A stretch of 64,000 nucleotides of DNA, taken from assembly GCF_009914755.1 (NCBI RefSeq), contig NC_060941.1; one strand, given 5' to 3'. Below are positions 12,781-26,400 of the stretch, piece by piece. The stretch is from the human T2T-CHM13v2.0 reference genome, Homo sapiens. Within the stretch, counting starts at the first letter, position 1, and the number at the start of each line of letters is the position of its first letter. The position numbers were made by a program, and so were the translations under genes. The notes below the pieces were generated by a model, which searched no databases, was not told the origin of the DNA, and was given only the letters and a program-made list of their open reading frames with translations.

Positions 12781-14629
12781 GCAACTAGCCAACATTAGAC
12801 AGACTTCATCTGGAATTATAGCTCAAATACCTTCAAGACTTCATCATCAGAAGACTACTGGTGGTAATCTCTTCCTTATCTTTCTCCTCCTATTTCACAT
12901 GCCTCAATACCTGAAATCTTATTTTTTTTTTTCGGAAAGTATAGGTTCTTCCATGTTGAATATTCCCATTATAAATATTTAAACACCTCAGCATAATAGG
13001 TTAAGTGAACGATGGTACTAAGATATTAAATGGCTAAAAATGCAATCTTCAACTGTAAGGTTTGGCTCAGAGAAGTGCTTCATGAAAGAACAGCAGAAAT
13101 ACTTTTGGAAAAGAAAAGAGAAAGTGATTCTTTTATATCTCTTTTTATGATGATAATTTTTGATGGAAAAGCCATATTATCAGTAAGGAATTTCTAATGA
13201 GAAGAAGGATATTGGATCTCTCTACATCTTTCTACATTTCTTTCTGCTGTTCATAGAATCTTCAAACATAGAATAAAATTTGGATTAAAAAATAATAAAC
13301 TGCCAAGAACATATCAGACAAGAGCTACTTAATTTCTTTTTGCTAACAATATATTTTTCTGTTTAAAATTCCCAAATGAACACTAAATATAGCATTATTG
13401 CTAAGAACAGCAAAAAACGTTTCAGTTTATTCTACCTCACTAAAATGCGATTTCGATGTAAATATAACTTATATTTTCAAATATTAACTTCAACCGCACT
13501 CACAGACCTTTTGTTCTCGGGGGATACGTGCTGCAGAGATACAGTTCAAGAGCACACGGATAGTCAAACCTGGTATACCAGTTGCTAGAAGACCTACAAC
13601 TCTACATTCCACAACAGAGAAAACACACACATCATAATGTGACCCAAGCATATCTGCCTTCAATTATCAGAATTGATGTGGCTTCTAATAAACACAGATG
13701 TTCTCCAACAAATTGATCTTTTGTCTTAGACTGTACTGTGTTTCTCCATTCAAAGCTGATTTTATTCCTTCTGTCAGTCTTTGCCCTGTTCTTCATTTCC
13801 ACTGGTGCTATATAGGTTTTCATTTTTCTCTGCCTCTCAATTGGTCTTTCTTGTACTCCCTCTCTGCCCCAATGTCTCATTTGCAGTATAGACAGAGTAG
13901 TATTTCTAATCTGTAAAAGTGACTATATTGCTGCTTTAAAGTATAATTAGATGCATAAAATACAATGTGCAGAAAAAAAAAAAAGAGTAAAGTCAAAGTT
14001 CCTTGACATGGTATGAAAAGTCTCAATGGTGTAACATTTCCATATGCCTGTCAAGTTTCTTCTACCGTCCCTACCCTAAATGTGTGACATATAACCAGAC
14101 CTATTTGCTAACATTTCTCTGAATACATCAGTGACTTTTACTTGTCTGTCTTTGAGAACTCTCTTTCCAAAGCTGAGGATCTTTTAACCATTTTCAACTT
14201 ACTGTAACTCTTCTAAGGAATCTTCTTGTGAATGGTCATGGCCCTTAACAAGAGGAATTAACTGTAACCTACAATGCTATTCCATAACACTATGCTCATT
14301 CCTGTTTTGTAGCATCCCATTATTAAACAGGTCAGCTGGATGAAAAATGCAGAACTACGTGCCAAGATAAAATGTAATGATCAGAGCTGGGCAACTTGAT
14401 ACAGTGCAAATACAATTAAATGTAGATTTTTCAGTGAATATGTTTCCCCAGGATATGGAGACAAGATTGCTTAAGTTTTTCTTCCTGTTTTAGCTTGGTG
14501 CTGGTCATGAAGATTTGGCAGGTTGTAGAATACATTCATGAGTGAGGAAGAGGACTTAGAAGCTCAGAACCAAGGAGGGCTCCATTTAGATCTACACACC
14601 AGAGCGTATATTAAATATGACACTAGATA

Positions 14630-14770
14630 ATTGAGCTGAATTTAACCTGTCAGTTACATCTACTGTGACCCCTGAACAATTTACGTATTTTCTCTGAGCC
14701 TTATTTTTATAACTATAATACAAAGTTAGCAATAGTTCTTATTTCATAGCTTATTGTGAATATTCAATAG
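14630..14770 (+). mobile_element. MIR fragment
   Basis: ctgtgacccctgaacaattt...tctctgagccttatttt...tcatagcttattgtgaatatt matches the MIR core. Confidence 0.6.
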
Positions 14771-14792
14771 ATAGCTTTAATTTTAGATAATT

Positions 14793-15158
14793 TTTAATAA
14801 TTATATAATTTTATATAATTCTCTAATATATAATAATTTTATATAATTCTCCAATAATTATATAATAATTTTATATAATTCTCCAATAATTATATAATTT
14901 TATATAATTCTCCAATAATTATATAATAATTTTATATAATTCTCCAATAATTATATAATAATTTTATATAATTCTCCAATAATTATATAATAATTTTATA
15001 TAATTCTCCAATAATTCTATAATAATTTTATATAATTCTCCAATAATTACATAATAATTTTATATAATTCTCCAATAATTCTATAATAATTTTATATAAT
15101 TCTCCAATAATTATATAATAATTTTATATAATTCTCCAATAATTATATAATAATTATT
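14793..15158. repeat. AT-rich 32-bp minisatellite, ~11 copies (CTCCAATAATTATATAATAATTTTATATAATT)
   Basis: CTCC anchors at 14849, 14881, 14910, 14942, 14974, 15006, 15038, 15070, 15102 and 15134, plus a degenerate unit at 14821. Confidence 0.95.
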
Positions 15159-15171
15159 ATTTGTTATTTAA

Positions 15172-15585
15172 TGCTGTCTTGACTGAATTTGTGGCCTTGG
15201 CTAGAGGCTGGTTAGTTCCCCTTCTTAAGCAACTGATTAAATTTGGTTGCACTTTCTTTGTTGGGTTCTTGCATTCTGGGGCCACTACGCACCGAGCCTA
15301 ACTATCCTGAGACCAGGTACCACAGGATAGACCCTATGACCTGGAGCTTGTGAAATCACTTATTATTCATTTTACGGGAATCTTGGGAAACCTAGCTAAC
15401 TTCTCCTCACTTGGCATACATGAATTGCCTCTCACAATAACAACTTGCTCTTATCCCAACCTTGAGTGCTATCGCCTGTGTGACCCTTGACAACAGCCTT
15501 CTCTTGTTTGGAACACAGAGTAACAAAGGTTTCTGCTTCTCAACTATTTGAGTGTCAGAGTGTTGTGTTTCACCACCAAAAGAAT
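15172..15585 (+). mobile_element. ERVL-class LTR (MER73/MER74-like)
   Basis: ggccttggctagaggctggttagttccccttcttaagcaactgattaa resembles the recalled MER73/74/54 family start. Confidence 0.5.
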
Positions 15586-18241
15586 TTTTAAATTTTATAA
15601 AATAATAAATACATGCTGAAAACCATGAACAAAGTTGATTTTCATCTTCACAAATGGAAGAAATATGGTTGTAACTAGTCCACATGTTTTTCTTCTATGT
15701 ATTCAATAGCAAGGCCAACTGAGAGGTAACCGAGACTGGTTGTAGTATACTTTAAACCCTCTGACATCGTATTGAAATCTTTGCCACTAGACCAGTAGAT
15801 CATAGAAATATCTACTCCATCATCTAGATTTTCTCAAGGGGTACTTTGCTAGTATTGTTCGTGTAGTTTAAGAAATAATAGAAATATCAGGCACAGAAAT
15901 TGACAAGATATATTTTATTTACAGAAATTGAGATGATGAATGATACTTTATTTCTCATGCTTATGCAATTCCATATTTCATACTAAAACATGCGTAAGTT
16001 TCATTAGAAAAACATTAGGAGATCAGAACAAAACCCACTGCCACAACAGTCACTTTAAAATTAGACCATCAACCATTATTTTCTCATTGGGAAAATGATC
16101 ACTACCTTGGAAACAGTTTTGGTAGAATATTTGCTATAAAATGCCTCCCAGAATGTTATTTACATCACACATGTGGATATATCTTCATTACTATTTACTC
16201 TGTGATGTTAATTTTCTTTAGAATAAAAAATAAAAGAGTAAACCTATATTCATGCTTATTGGCATCACCAGTGACCATTTACATTTATTTAGATCTCTTT
16301 TTTTGTTCAACATTCTGATGCTAACTTTAACAATAAGTATAAACTGTTAATTGAACATTTCTACTATCAGACAATATAGGAATTTAGATCTGTGTAATAG
16401 AACATAGACTGTTAATTATTATAACATAGTCCTTCAGTATGTTTTATGAAGCATTTTTAATGACATATCCCATATCTGATATTTATCCCCATCTTCATTC
16501 TCTTCGATGTTAAAGGAAATAGCTCTGTAAAAATCTACCCTTTGCTGTCTACTCTGAAATTCACTCTACCTTGCCTCCAAGCCATTGCATTTATAATGTT
16601 CTACACATTTTTTATTTCCTTTATCCATACAGTTGCATTGTTTATTTTTCCCCCTTTCTTCTCCTGAACAAGTACTTCTCTTAAAGCTAAGTTCTTCATT
16701 TTGTACTTTAATGTCTACTATTTCTTTCTTATGTGACTGACCTTTGTTAAGGCTGAGCCTGTGTCAGGCTTCACCTCCATGCTGATTACCATTTTCTGAA
16801 TGGACCCTTTTATTTTATGATCCCATTATCACTTCACACTCAGCAATAACTAATGGAATGCTGTTCTCAAATCCTTGCATTTCCCTGAATTCGGTCAGCA
16901 TTATATTTCTAAAACACAGATTTTGCCTTATATTCCTTTGATTATACCTTTTCACTGCCTATATGGTCCAAAATCCATTGTATGCAGAAAATGGAAGTAT
17001 TTTCATGGTCTGATTAAAGTCAAACATGTTCATTATTTCTCCAAATACTTTCTTAAAATACACGTATGAAATTGTGCACTTTTTGTCTATTTCTTCTTGT
17101 CTTTAAAAATCCTCTAAGCATTCTTCATCTGTGAAGACTTCCTTTCCCCAAGACATTATATTAAGAACTTTTATTTTGGTACACAGTTATCTAATACTTG
17201 CCTGTATTTTAACATATGTCACATTATATTTCAGTTAATATTGTGCATGTCTTTCCTTCTACAGAGAATTATTTTTGAGAGTGGTGCTGATAACCTTTCC
17301 AAATATTTAACCGTTTCCCCACCACCTAGCAGAGCTCTTTGTCCATAATAGGTACTAGCTAAATTTTTACTGAATGAATGAATATAATTTGAAAGTATAA
17401 TACTATATTGATGACATTGGGGATGAGGAAATAGAACAAGTTGTTCCTGAGAATAGATTACCTGCATTCAATTCCCTTGATCCTGAAACTCTCAATTTTT
17501 ACTACAGAGCAACTCACTTGATAGGTTCAAGATAGTTATATACTTTCCTGTGTGACAGGTACTAAGTTTTCACAGTGGTTGAATTCTCCCTTCGACTTGG
17601 ATCCTGAAATTTTCTGACAAAGCAGTATCAAACTACAGCTAAAATGTAGCCATACAGATTTTTAAACCATCACTGAATTTTCCATTAAGATTCAACTACA
17701 GTACATGATCTTTTAAAGAGTGACAAAGACTATATTTCTCAGTTACATAACTAGGGCTTATCACACTGAAAAACAATTGAAACCATTCAAATAGTTTCCC
17801 TATCACTTCTGGGTAGAAGAATTATTTTCACCTCAGCTGTTTTGTATTGGCTATATGTGCAGAATCAACACGTTGAAGACCAAGTTTAATTTGTTCATTC
17901 TCAGGAGAAGCATAAAGGCTATATATTGAGAGATTGGATTCACGAGTATACTCCAATCAAAGATAGTTTGGTTTTATATTTTATGCATAAGTATAACACC
18001 ATGCTATATATTCAGCAAAGACATATTACTTTTTCTGTCACATGCAGGGATATAAAACACAAAAAATACTTACTCCAGCAATGATGTCTTTCAGTTCTCT
18101 CTGAAAGGTAGCATATGTATGAATTCACGAACAGATTGCAAGTTAAAAATCTTACATTCTGTCATTTTCAGTGTCAAATGCATCCAATGCCAAACACATC
18201 AAAGATAGTCAAATCATTATGAAATTATTGGTAAGGCTCTC

Positions 18242-18758
18242 TGTTGCTTTTCTATCGGTACCATAACAAATTATCACAATCTTAGTGGCTTAAAACAAGA
18301 TTCATTTGTTACCTCATATTTCCATTGGTTAGAAGTCTAAGTACAGTTGGAACCTCTGTGCAACGTCTTGCAGAACTAAATCAAGGTGTTGGATGGGCTG
18401 GCCCCCTTTCTGGAGGTCGTAGGGAAGACTCTGTTTTCATGACCACTCAGGTTATTGAAAAAATCCAATTGCTTGAAATTGTGGGAATGAAGCTCCTTTC
18501 ATTTTCAAGCAAACAAACATAGGGATAAAATTTGAATCTCTATCCTTCAAATGTCCAATTTCCCTTATGCTACCAGCCAAGAAAAATCTTTTAAGGACTC
18601 ATGTTTATATTAAGCCCATATGAATAATCCAGGATAATATTTGAATTTTTAAAGTCAAGTAATTAGTTAATTATATCTGCAAAGTACCCTTTTCTGTGTA
18701 TTCACGGGAGTAACACCAGGAGGTCAAGATTATGGGTGCCAGAATTCTTCTTACAACA
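18242..18758 (-). mobile_element. MLT1 (MLT1D/E-like) MaLR solo LTR
   Basis: cataacaaattatcacaatcttagtggcttaaaacaa ... agaattcttcttacaaca match antisense MLT1 ends. Confidence 0.75.
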
Positions 18759-19809
18759 GGCTCTTAACTTGAAATGAGTATAAGAAATTATATTGAGCAT
18801 AAAATTCTCCTTCCATTATTTTAAAAAAGTATTGCCCTAGTAGTGAGTTGATACCAACAATCAAGCTAAATGAAGCTTAAATGTACTGAGATTTCTCCTT
18901 AGCTCATTTCTTCACCCTCTAACCTCCAGCAAAACATCTCTAATCTCATAAAGAATGAAAATGGGGATACTGGGTTGGATATTTTAAAAAATTAACCTTA
19001 CATATAGTTGTTAAAATATCATCCACAGCCTCTGTTGAATCACTGGGTTTTAGAAGTAATTATTCCCACTTGATAATGACTTCATGCAATATTTTTAATA
19101 TAAATTAATTTTAAAAGCCTTGGCTTTATACGGTTAGAAAAATATAGTAAGAGCTCTGAAATTTCTCTCTATCCAAGTATATTTAAACTTACGCAAATAA
19201 CCCATAAGAACAGTAAGCATGCTTTGCTCAAGTGAAAATAAGATAACCAGAATTTGATTGTGATAAGAAACAGAAAATATTTATTATTATAACTTAAATT
19301 GATACTGTAATTTAGTATGTTAAAGATCCTTTGTCATATACCATATTAAAGGCTGAAATAAGTGAAACATATAGAAATCATTTTCTTTTTCCTCAAATAG
19401 CATTATTTCCTTCATCTTATTTATTTTTCTATTTAAGCCAACATCAATATAACTTAAATATTAAGTTAGGTGAAATTTGTTTCTTCATTCTCTGAAATTC
19501 ACAAGTGTTAACTCAAATTGTTAAACATATGTGTCAGTGTATGTTGAACACTTTGTAAGGTTGATGAGTGTTTCTGACACACAACATTTTCAATGCCTTT
19601 TTCTATACTAATTAAAGTAATAAAATTTAGATTCAGAGAGGGGTAGACTTTGGATTTTAGTACCGAGGCCTAAATGTGTATCATTGTAAGACTCTACTTT
19701 GCATCCAGTTTTGGAGTCTAGGAAGTCTATTGGATTTTGCCATTAGAAGGTAATCAGAGGAGGGTTGAAGGGGTAAAAGAAGAAAAAAAAGATATAAAAA
19801 TATTAGGAC

Positions 19810-19890
19810 TACTGAAGTGTACATTTTTAAATGGTAAGGATGGTAAATTATATATGTATATTTTATCTCAGTAAAAATTAATGAAAAAAT
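19810..19890 (+). mobile_element. L1MB-type 3' end fragment
   Basis: actgaagtgtacatttttaaatggt...ggtaaatt...tatattttatctcagtaaaaa. Confidence 0.55.
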
Positions 19891-20551
19891 AATAACTAGA
19901 GGGTAAAATTAGAGAGTAGGTAATCAATAAGGGTGAAAGCCACATTGTAATTGCACATTTTGGGTTTTGCCTAGGTAGAAGCTGGAGAAATGGAAATATC
20001 AAGTGACCTCTTACAAGAAATTTAGCAGCCATACAATAAAATGTAAGGTGATAGTTGAGGAGGAAAGGAAGGGCACAGAAATGATTCTTGTTTTGTTGTG
20101 TGTTACTTTGAAGCATAAAGGTCACCTGAGAATATTTTGGGCAAGAAAACAATCAATAGAAAGAAAAAGAATTTCTACAGAAAAGCCAATAATGGAGCAA
20201 AGGTTTTCTGTTAAAAAAAAAAAAAAAAAGAGAATAAACCAAGGAACTTAAGTGAAGCAGTTTCCTTTAGCAAAGATAAAGGATGTTGTCTCCACAAAAG
20301 AAAATGAGAAAATGGGGTTTCTTATTGTGAATCTGAGAAGAATTAATTTGATTGGTAGAACACTGGACAAACTACCATTTAGATGAAGTTAAGATATAAG
20401 AGAAGATATGGAAACTGTGTCTTTTGCAGTTTATAGTGGCCAACTAATGGTGACAATTCCCATATGTGAGTAGAAAAAGATTGATGAGTGTATTAGTTAC
20501 AAGTTCAGGACTACAGTCAGACTGGGTATATATTCTAGCTCTACCATTTAA

Positions 20552-20860
20552 ACTCTATTGAGGTCAATTTCACATAACATAAAAAACACTTATTTAAAGT
20601 GTTTTATGTTTTATAAGTATACTCATTTAGTTGTGCAAATGTCACAAAAATCTGATTTTAGAAAACTGTCGATACCCCAAAACCATTATCAGTCATTGCT
20701 TTTCTCCCCAGTCTCTCTTCCTGGCCCCAGGCCAAAGTAATTGCTAATCTGCTTTCAGTCTTTACAGGCTTACCTATTCAAAACATTTTATATAAAAGCA
20801 ATCATGCAATTTATAGTCTTTTATGATGGCTTCTTTCATGTAGCATAGTGGTTTCCAGGT
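20552..20860 (-). mobile_element. Old L1 (L1MB/ME) 3'UTR fragment
   Basis: tattgaggtcaatttcacataacataaaa...ctaatctgctttc...ggcttctttcatgtagcatag. Confidence 0.6.
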
Positions 20861-20864
20861 TTTT

Positions 20865-21211
20865 GTGTTTTTTAATTTGTATACATTTAAGGAGGTTTTG
20901 TTACATCGATATATTTTGTAGTGGTGAAGTCTGAGCTTTTAGTATAACCATCCCCTAAATATTGTACTTTGGAGCCACAAAGTAATTTCTCATCCATCAT
21001 CTCCTTCCACCCTTTGGGATCTCCAATGACTATTATATCACACTCTATGTCCATATGTTCACATTATTTAGCTTCATCTTGTAAGTCAGAGCATGTGGTA
21101 TTTGACTTTCTGTTTCTGAGATGTTTCACTTAATATATTAGCCTCCAGATTCATCCATGTTATTGCAAAGGACATTATTTCATTTTTTTATTGCTGAGTA
21201 GTATTCCCATG

Positions 21212-21257
<46 letters not shown>

Positions 21258-23448
21258 ACATTTTCTTTATCCAGTCACCCACTGATGGATACTTAGGTCG
21301 ATTTCTTAACTTTGCTATTGTGAACAGTGTTGCAATAAACATACAAGTGCAGGTATCTTTTTGATATAATGATTTCTTTCCCTTTGGGTATACATGCAGT
21401 AGTGGGATTGTTGGATCAAATGGTAGTTCCATATTTCAGTTTCTTGGGAAATCTCCGTGCTGTTTTCCATAAAGGTTGTACTAATTTACATTCCCACCAT
21501 CAGTGTATAAGCATTTCATTTTCTCCACATTCTCACTAACATCTGTTATTTCTTGACTTTTTAATAATAGCCATTCTGACTAGTGTAAAATAATATCTCA
21601 TTGTGGTTTTAACTTGAATTTCTCTGATAATTAGTGATGTTGAGGACTTTTTCACATGTTTGTTGATCATTTGTATGTCTTATTTAAAAAATATCTATTC
21701 ATGTCCTTTGTCTACTTTAATGGGGTTATTTTGTTGTTGTTGTTGTTGAGTTGTTCTTGTAAATTCTGGATATCAGTCCCCTGTCATATGCAGAGTTTGA
21801 AAATATGTTTTTTCCCTTCTGGTGGTTCTTTGTTCACTCTGTTGATTATTTCTTCAGTGTGCAGATGCTTTGTAATTTAAGTAACTCCAATTTGCCAATT
21901 TTTGATTTTGTTGGTTGTGTTTTTGAGTTCTTAGTCATAAATTATTTGCCTAGGTCAACGTCCAGAATAGTTTTACCTAAGTTTTCTTCTAGTATTTTTA
22001 TACTTTCAGATCTTACATTTAAGTATTTAATTATTCCTGAACTGATTTTTGTATATGAGAGATAGGGGTCCAGTTTCATTCTTCCGCATATCGCAGTCCA
22101 ATTTTCCCAGCACCATTTGACGAAAAGTATATCCTTTCCCCCAGTATATGGTTTTTGTTGACTTTACCAAAGATCAGCAGGCTGGAGATATGTGGCTTTG
22201 TTTTTGGATTCTCTATTTTGTTTCAGTGATCTGTGTGTCCATTTTTATACCAGCACTTTTATACCAGTGTTGTTTACTGTAGCCTTGTAGTATACTTTGA
22301 TGTATGGTGATGTGATTCCTCTAGCTTTGTTCATTTTGCTCAGGATTGATTTGGCTATTCAGGCTCTTTTGTTGTTTTATATAAATTTTAGGTTTACTTT
22401 TTCTAGTTCTATGAAGAGTGATGTTGCTATTTTGATTAATAGCAATTGATTTCTATGATTTCTTTTATATGCTTTGTAGTGTAGTTCTGAAGAGGAACAG
22501 AGTATTGAGATTCAGAAGAACATTGAACCCCAATCCAAACAATCTAAAAAATCCAATATAATGATGCAAAAGATAAAAGATAAAATAGGCATTTCAAGAA
22601 GAAACATCTTGTAAAGATATTTCACCTTGGTTAAATATATTCCTAGGTTTTTATTGTAGTTATGATAAAAGGGATTTCTTTCTTGATTTGGTTCTCAGCT
22701 TGATTGTTATTGGTGTATAGACATGACATTTGATTTTGTATATTGATTTTGTATTCTAAAACTTTACTGAATTTATTTATCAAATCTAAGTTGTTTTGGA
22801 AGTGTCTTTAGGGTTTATACATGTATAAAATGATATCGTCAGCAAAAAAGAGGTAGATGTACTTCCTCTTTTCTAATTAAGAAGTCCTTTATTTCTTTCT
22901 CTTGCCTAACTTCTCTGCCTAGGACTTTCAATACTGTGATGACTAGAAGTGGTAAAAGTGGGCATTCTTGTTTTGGTTCAGTTCTTAGAGGGGTTCCTCT
23001 CAACTTTTCATCATTTAGTATGATGTTGGATGTGTTTGTCATATATGTCATATGCATTTTATTATTTTGAAATATATTTTATTCTATGCCTAATATGTTG
23101 AGAGTTTTTATCATGAAGGGATGTTACATTTTATCGATGTTTTTTCTGCCTCCATGAGATTATTATGTCATTTTTGCATTTAATTCTGTTTATGAGAGGA
23201 ATCATGTTTATTTATTTGCATATATTGAACCATTCCTGTATCCCTGGAGTAAAACCCACTTTATTGTTGTTATATTATCTTTTTAAGGTACTGTTGGATT
23301 CAGTTTGCTAGGATTTTGTTAAGGATTTTTGCATCCATGTTCATCAGGGATATCAGTCTATAGTTTTCCTTTTTATTGTATCCCTCTCATCTTTGGTATC
23401 GGGGTGATACTGACTTCATAGAATGAGTTAGGAAGGCTTCCCTTCTCC
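20865..23448 (-). mobile_element. L1MA/L1PB-type L1, 3' half of ORF2 plus 3'UTR
   Basis: Minus-strand ORF2 fragments ([23 protein letters not shown]; NIILNDEKL..RQEKEIK); L1MA-type 3'UTR; (AC)21 at 21215-21256. Confidence 0.9.
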
Positions 23449-23449
23449 C

Positions 23450-26400
23450 ACCAGCAACACATTTGTGCAGCCCATTGTCCCACCACCACCAACGTAGGCA
23501 CACACACATAGACACTACCAGGTAGACCTTGTCAATGCATGAGCACCCTGCCATGCCCTGCTGTCACCCTGCCGCAGTCAGTGATTCACCTCCATTGACA
23601 TGTGTGGACCCTAATGCTCCTGCTGGCACATGCTCCTTTGCACAAATCTTGCTGCCACTGCCCTGATGAACCACTGGCCAGCACACCCAATTGGAATGTT
23701 GTGGCCAGAAGACTGGGAACACGTTGACTCCCCCAGTGTAGCATGTTTCAAGTGGCAAGAAAACAAATCCAGGGGCGTAGTACCAAACCCCCAGGGGTCT
23801 GTGGTATGCAGCCCAAGAGTGATGAGCTGAGCCTTGGCTCCCTGAAGTCTTCCAGAAATGAAGGGAGTTTACTGAACCTACCTCATACCACAATCCAACC
23901 CTCAAGGGAATGAAAAAATATAAAAGCAAAAAGCCTAATCCAAAGGACAGCAACTTCAAAGATTCAAGGAAAATCAGCCAACATAGATGAGAAAGAAACA
24001 GGGCAAAAACTCTGACAACTCAAAAAGTCAGCATGCCTTCTTACATACAAATGGCTGCGCTATTACCTCAGAAAAGTTTCTTAACTAGGCTGAAATGGCT
24101 GAAATGACAGACATAAAATTCTGAATCTGAATGGAACAGAGGATTGAGATTCAGAAGAACATTGAACCCTAATCCAAACAATCTAAAAAATCCAATAAAA
24201 TGATACAAGAGATAAAAGATAAAATAGCCATTTCAAGAAGAAACCAAACTGAACTGATAGAGCTGAAAAGCTCACTAGAAGAATTTCACAATACAATTGC
24301 AAGTATTATCATCAGAGTAAATCGAGCTGAGAAAAGAATCTTGGAGCACAAAGACTACTTTTTTTAAGTCAATTCAGTCAGAGAAAAACAAAGAAAAAAA
24401 AGAATGAACAAAATGATTGAGAAACATGGGATTATGTAACGAGACCAAATCTAAGACTTATTTGCATCCCTGAGGGAGAAGTAGAAAAAGCAAGCAACTT
24501 AGAAAACATATTTGAGGGTATTGTCCATGAAAATTTCTTCATCCTCACTATAGAAACCAACATTCAAACTTAGGAAATGCAGATAACTCCTGTGAGATAC
24601 TATGCAAGACAACAAACCCCAAGACATAGTCATCAGATTCCCCAAAGTCAACATGAAAGAAAAAATATTAAAGCATCTAGAGAGAAAGGGCAGGTCACCT
24701 AAAGAAAGATCTCTGTCAGGCTAACAGCATACTTTTCAACAAAAAACCTAGAAGCCAGAAGAGATTGGGGCTTATTTGTGACAAAAATTTCAGAGGTTTG
24801 ACCTAGCTCCTGCTGCTTGTTGTGAAAAAGTCAATCACTGACACAACAAGTGTTGCCTGTGAAGAAGGGTTTAATCAGGTGCTGCAGCTGAGATGTGGAA
24901 GAACAGTCTCACATCCATCTCCCTGACTGACTAAAATTAGGGGTTTATAGAGCAAAGAAGAAATACAACTATGTGTAGGAAAACAGGAACACCGAGAGGG
25001 AGTAAGGAAGAGGAGGTGGTCTACAAGAAGCAGACAATCAGTTAGAAAAATAAAGATAAGGAGAGGTAAGGAAGCAATTGTGATGAATAAGAGACCTAGT
25101 GTCTCATTGTCTGGCTAAGATGATCTTGTGAGTTTCAGTTCTTTGATAATTATTGAGAAGTCTGTGGATCCTTTCTTGAGTAAGGAACTCAGATTTTAAA
25201 AATGTAAGTTTTAAGCATTAAGACAAGAAGAGTCAATTTCTGGTTTTCTAAGAAAACACCTCTATGCAGTTTCATATTCAGCAGTCTGAAAAAAGAAATT
25301 TCAACCAGGAATTTCATATTGAGACAAACTAAACTTCATAAGTGAAGGAGAAAATGCTTTTCAGACAATCAAATGCTATGGGAATTCATTACCAGCAGAC
25401 CTGCCTTATAAGAGGTCTGTAAGGGAGTACTAAATATGGAAACAAAAGACTGGCCACCACAAAAACACACTTAAATACATAGACCATAGACACTATAGAG
25501 CAACTTCGCAATCAAGTCTGCATAATAACCAGCGGGCATCACAAAGACAGGATCAAATCTGCATAAAACAGTATGTAAATGGGCTAAATGCCCCACTTAA
25601 AAGGCACCGAGTGGCAAGTTGAATTAACAAACAAGACTCTACACTATGCTGTCTTCAAGAGACCCACCTGACCTGCAATGACATCCATAGGCTCAAAGTA
25701 AAGGGATGAAAAAATATATACCAAGCAAATGGAAAAAAAGCAGAGATTGCTATTTTAATTTTAGACAAAACAGACTTTAATCCAACAATGATCAAAAAAG
25801 ACAAAGAGGGGCATTACATAATGGTAAAGAGAACTATGAAAAAATAAGAGTTTTCTATCCTAAATACACATATACATACATATATACCTGACACTAGAGC
25901 ATCCAGATTCATAAAACAAGTTCTTAGAGACCTGTGAAGACACTTAAATAACCACAAAATTATAGTGGGAGAATTACACACCCCAACTTACAATGTTAGA
26001 CAGGTCATCAAGGCAGAAAACTGACAAAAATTCAGTACTTGAATTTGACACTTGACCAAACGGATCTAACAGATATCTACAGAACTCTCCACTCCAAAAC
26101 AACAAAAGATACATTCTTCTCATCTGCACATGGCACATACAATAAAATAAACCATATAAAAACTAATAGAAAATTTTCAGCAAATTCATAAAACCAAAAT
26201 CATACCAACCAAACTCTCAGTCCACAGCACAATAAATATAGAAATCAATATTAAAATATTTCTCAAAATTATGCCCTTATATGGAAATTAAACAACCTGA
26301 TCCTGCGTGACTCTTGGATATATAATAAAATTAAAGGAGAAATCACAAAATTTTTTGAAACTAATGAAAACAGAGACAACATATCAGAATCTCTGGAACA

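Noticed and set aside
14793-15158. 32-bp palindromic direct repeats resembling a CRISPR array
   Set aside because: Units are head-to-tail with no unique spacers, there are no cas genes, and the context is primate; it is a minisatellite.
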